Shown here in pieces: positions 63,897 through 64,000 of a DNA stretch of 64,000 nucleotides. The notes under the pieces were generated by a model, which saw nothing but the letters and a program-made list of their open reading frames with translations, made no database searches and was not told the origin of the DNA. The stretch is taken from contig NC_043013.1 of the NCBI RefSeq assembly GCF_006345805.1, positions 434,001-498,000 on the forward strand, written 5' to 3'. The first letter of the stretch is position 1; the number at the start of each line of letters is the position of its first letter. This DNA comes from Octopus sinensis (taxonomy: Eukaryota). The translations under genes were made by a program, and so were the position numbers.

Positions 63897-64000
63897 GTAT
63901 GCTGTGTCTGTGTATGTGTTCTGTGTTTGTCCCCTCCTACCACCGCTTGACAGCTAGTGTTGAAGTGTTTACATCCTTATAACTTGGCGGTTCAGCAAAA

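Overview
AT-rich, repeat-dense animal genomic DNA. The SINE, LINE and microsatellite content points to a cephalopod, most likely Octopus; this is inference and no database was searched. The main gene is a + strand SMC5 orthologue (SMC5/6 complex). I assembled 20 GT-AG coding exons by hand from ATG 11096 to 62591. They give 2463 nt (821 codons) with all splice phases consistent and no stops, and include Walker A (GPNGTGKS), the Q-loop (CQFLPQ), both coiled-coil arms and the hinge. The C-terminal head (signature motif and Walker B) lies beyond the window. The upstream 11 kb and the introns contain RTE, Tx1/L1, CR1/L2, HERO (RLE) and Penelope retroelement fragments, three tRNA-SINE families, two Helitrons, piggyBac, maT/mariner and hAT remnants, and MITEs. 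The most notable unexplained structures are: several hammerhead-ribozyme-like motifs, one with an intact core on the sense strand of intron 12; an 85-bp intronic copy of part of exon 13; a 217-bp near-perfect palindrome; a SINE flanked by a ~100-bp duplication; and a Tx1 copy bounded by (TATC)n. Repeat boundaries are approximate unless termini are quoted. There is no CRISPR, rRNA or bona fide tRNA gene.
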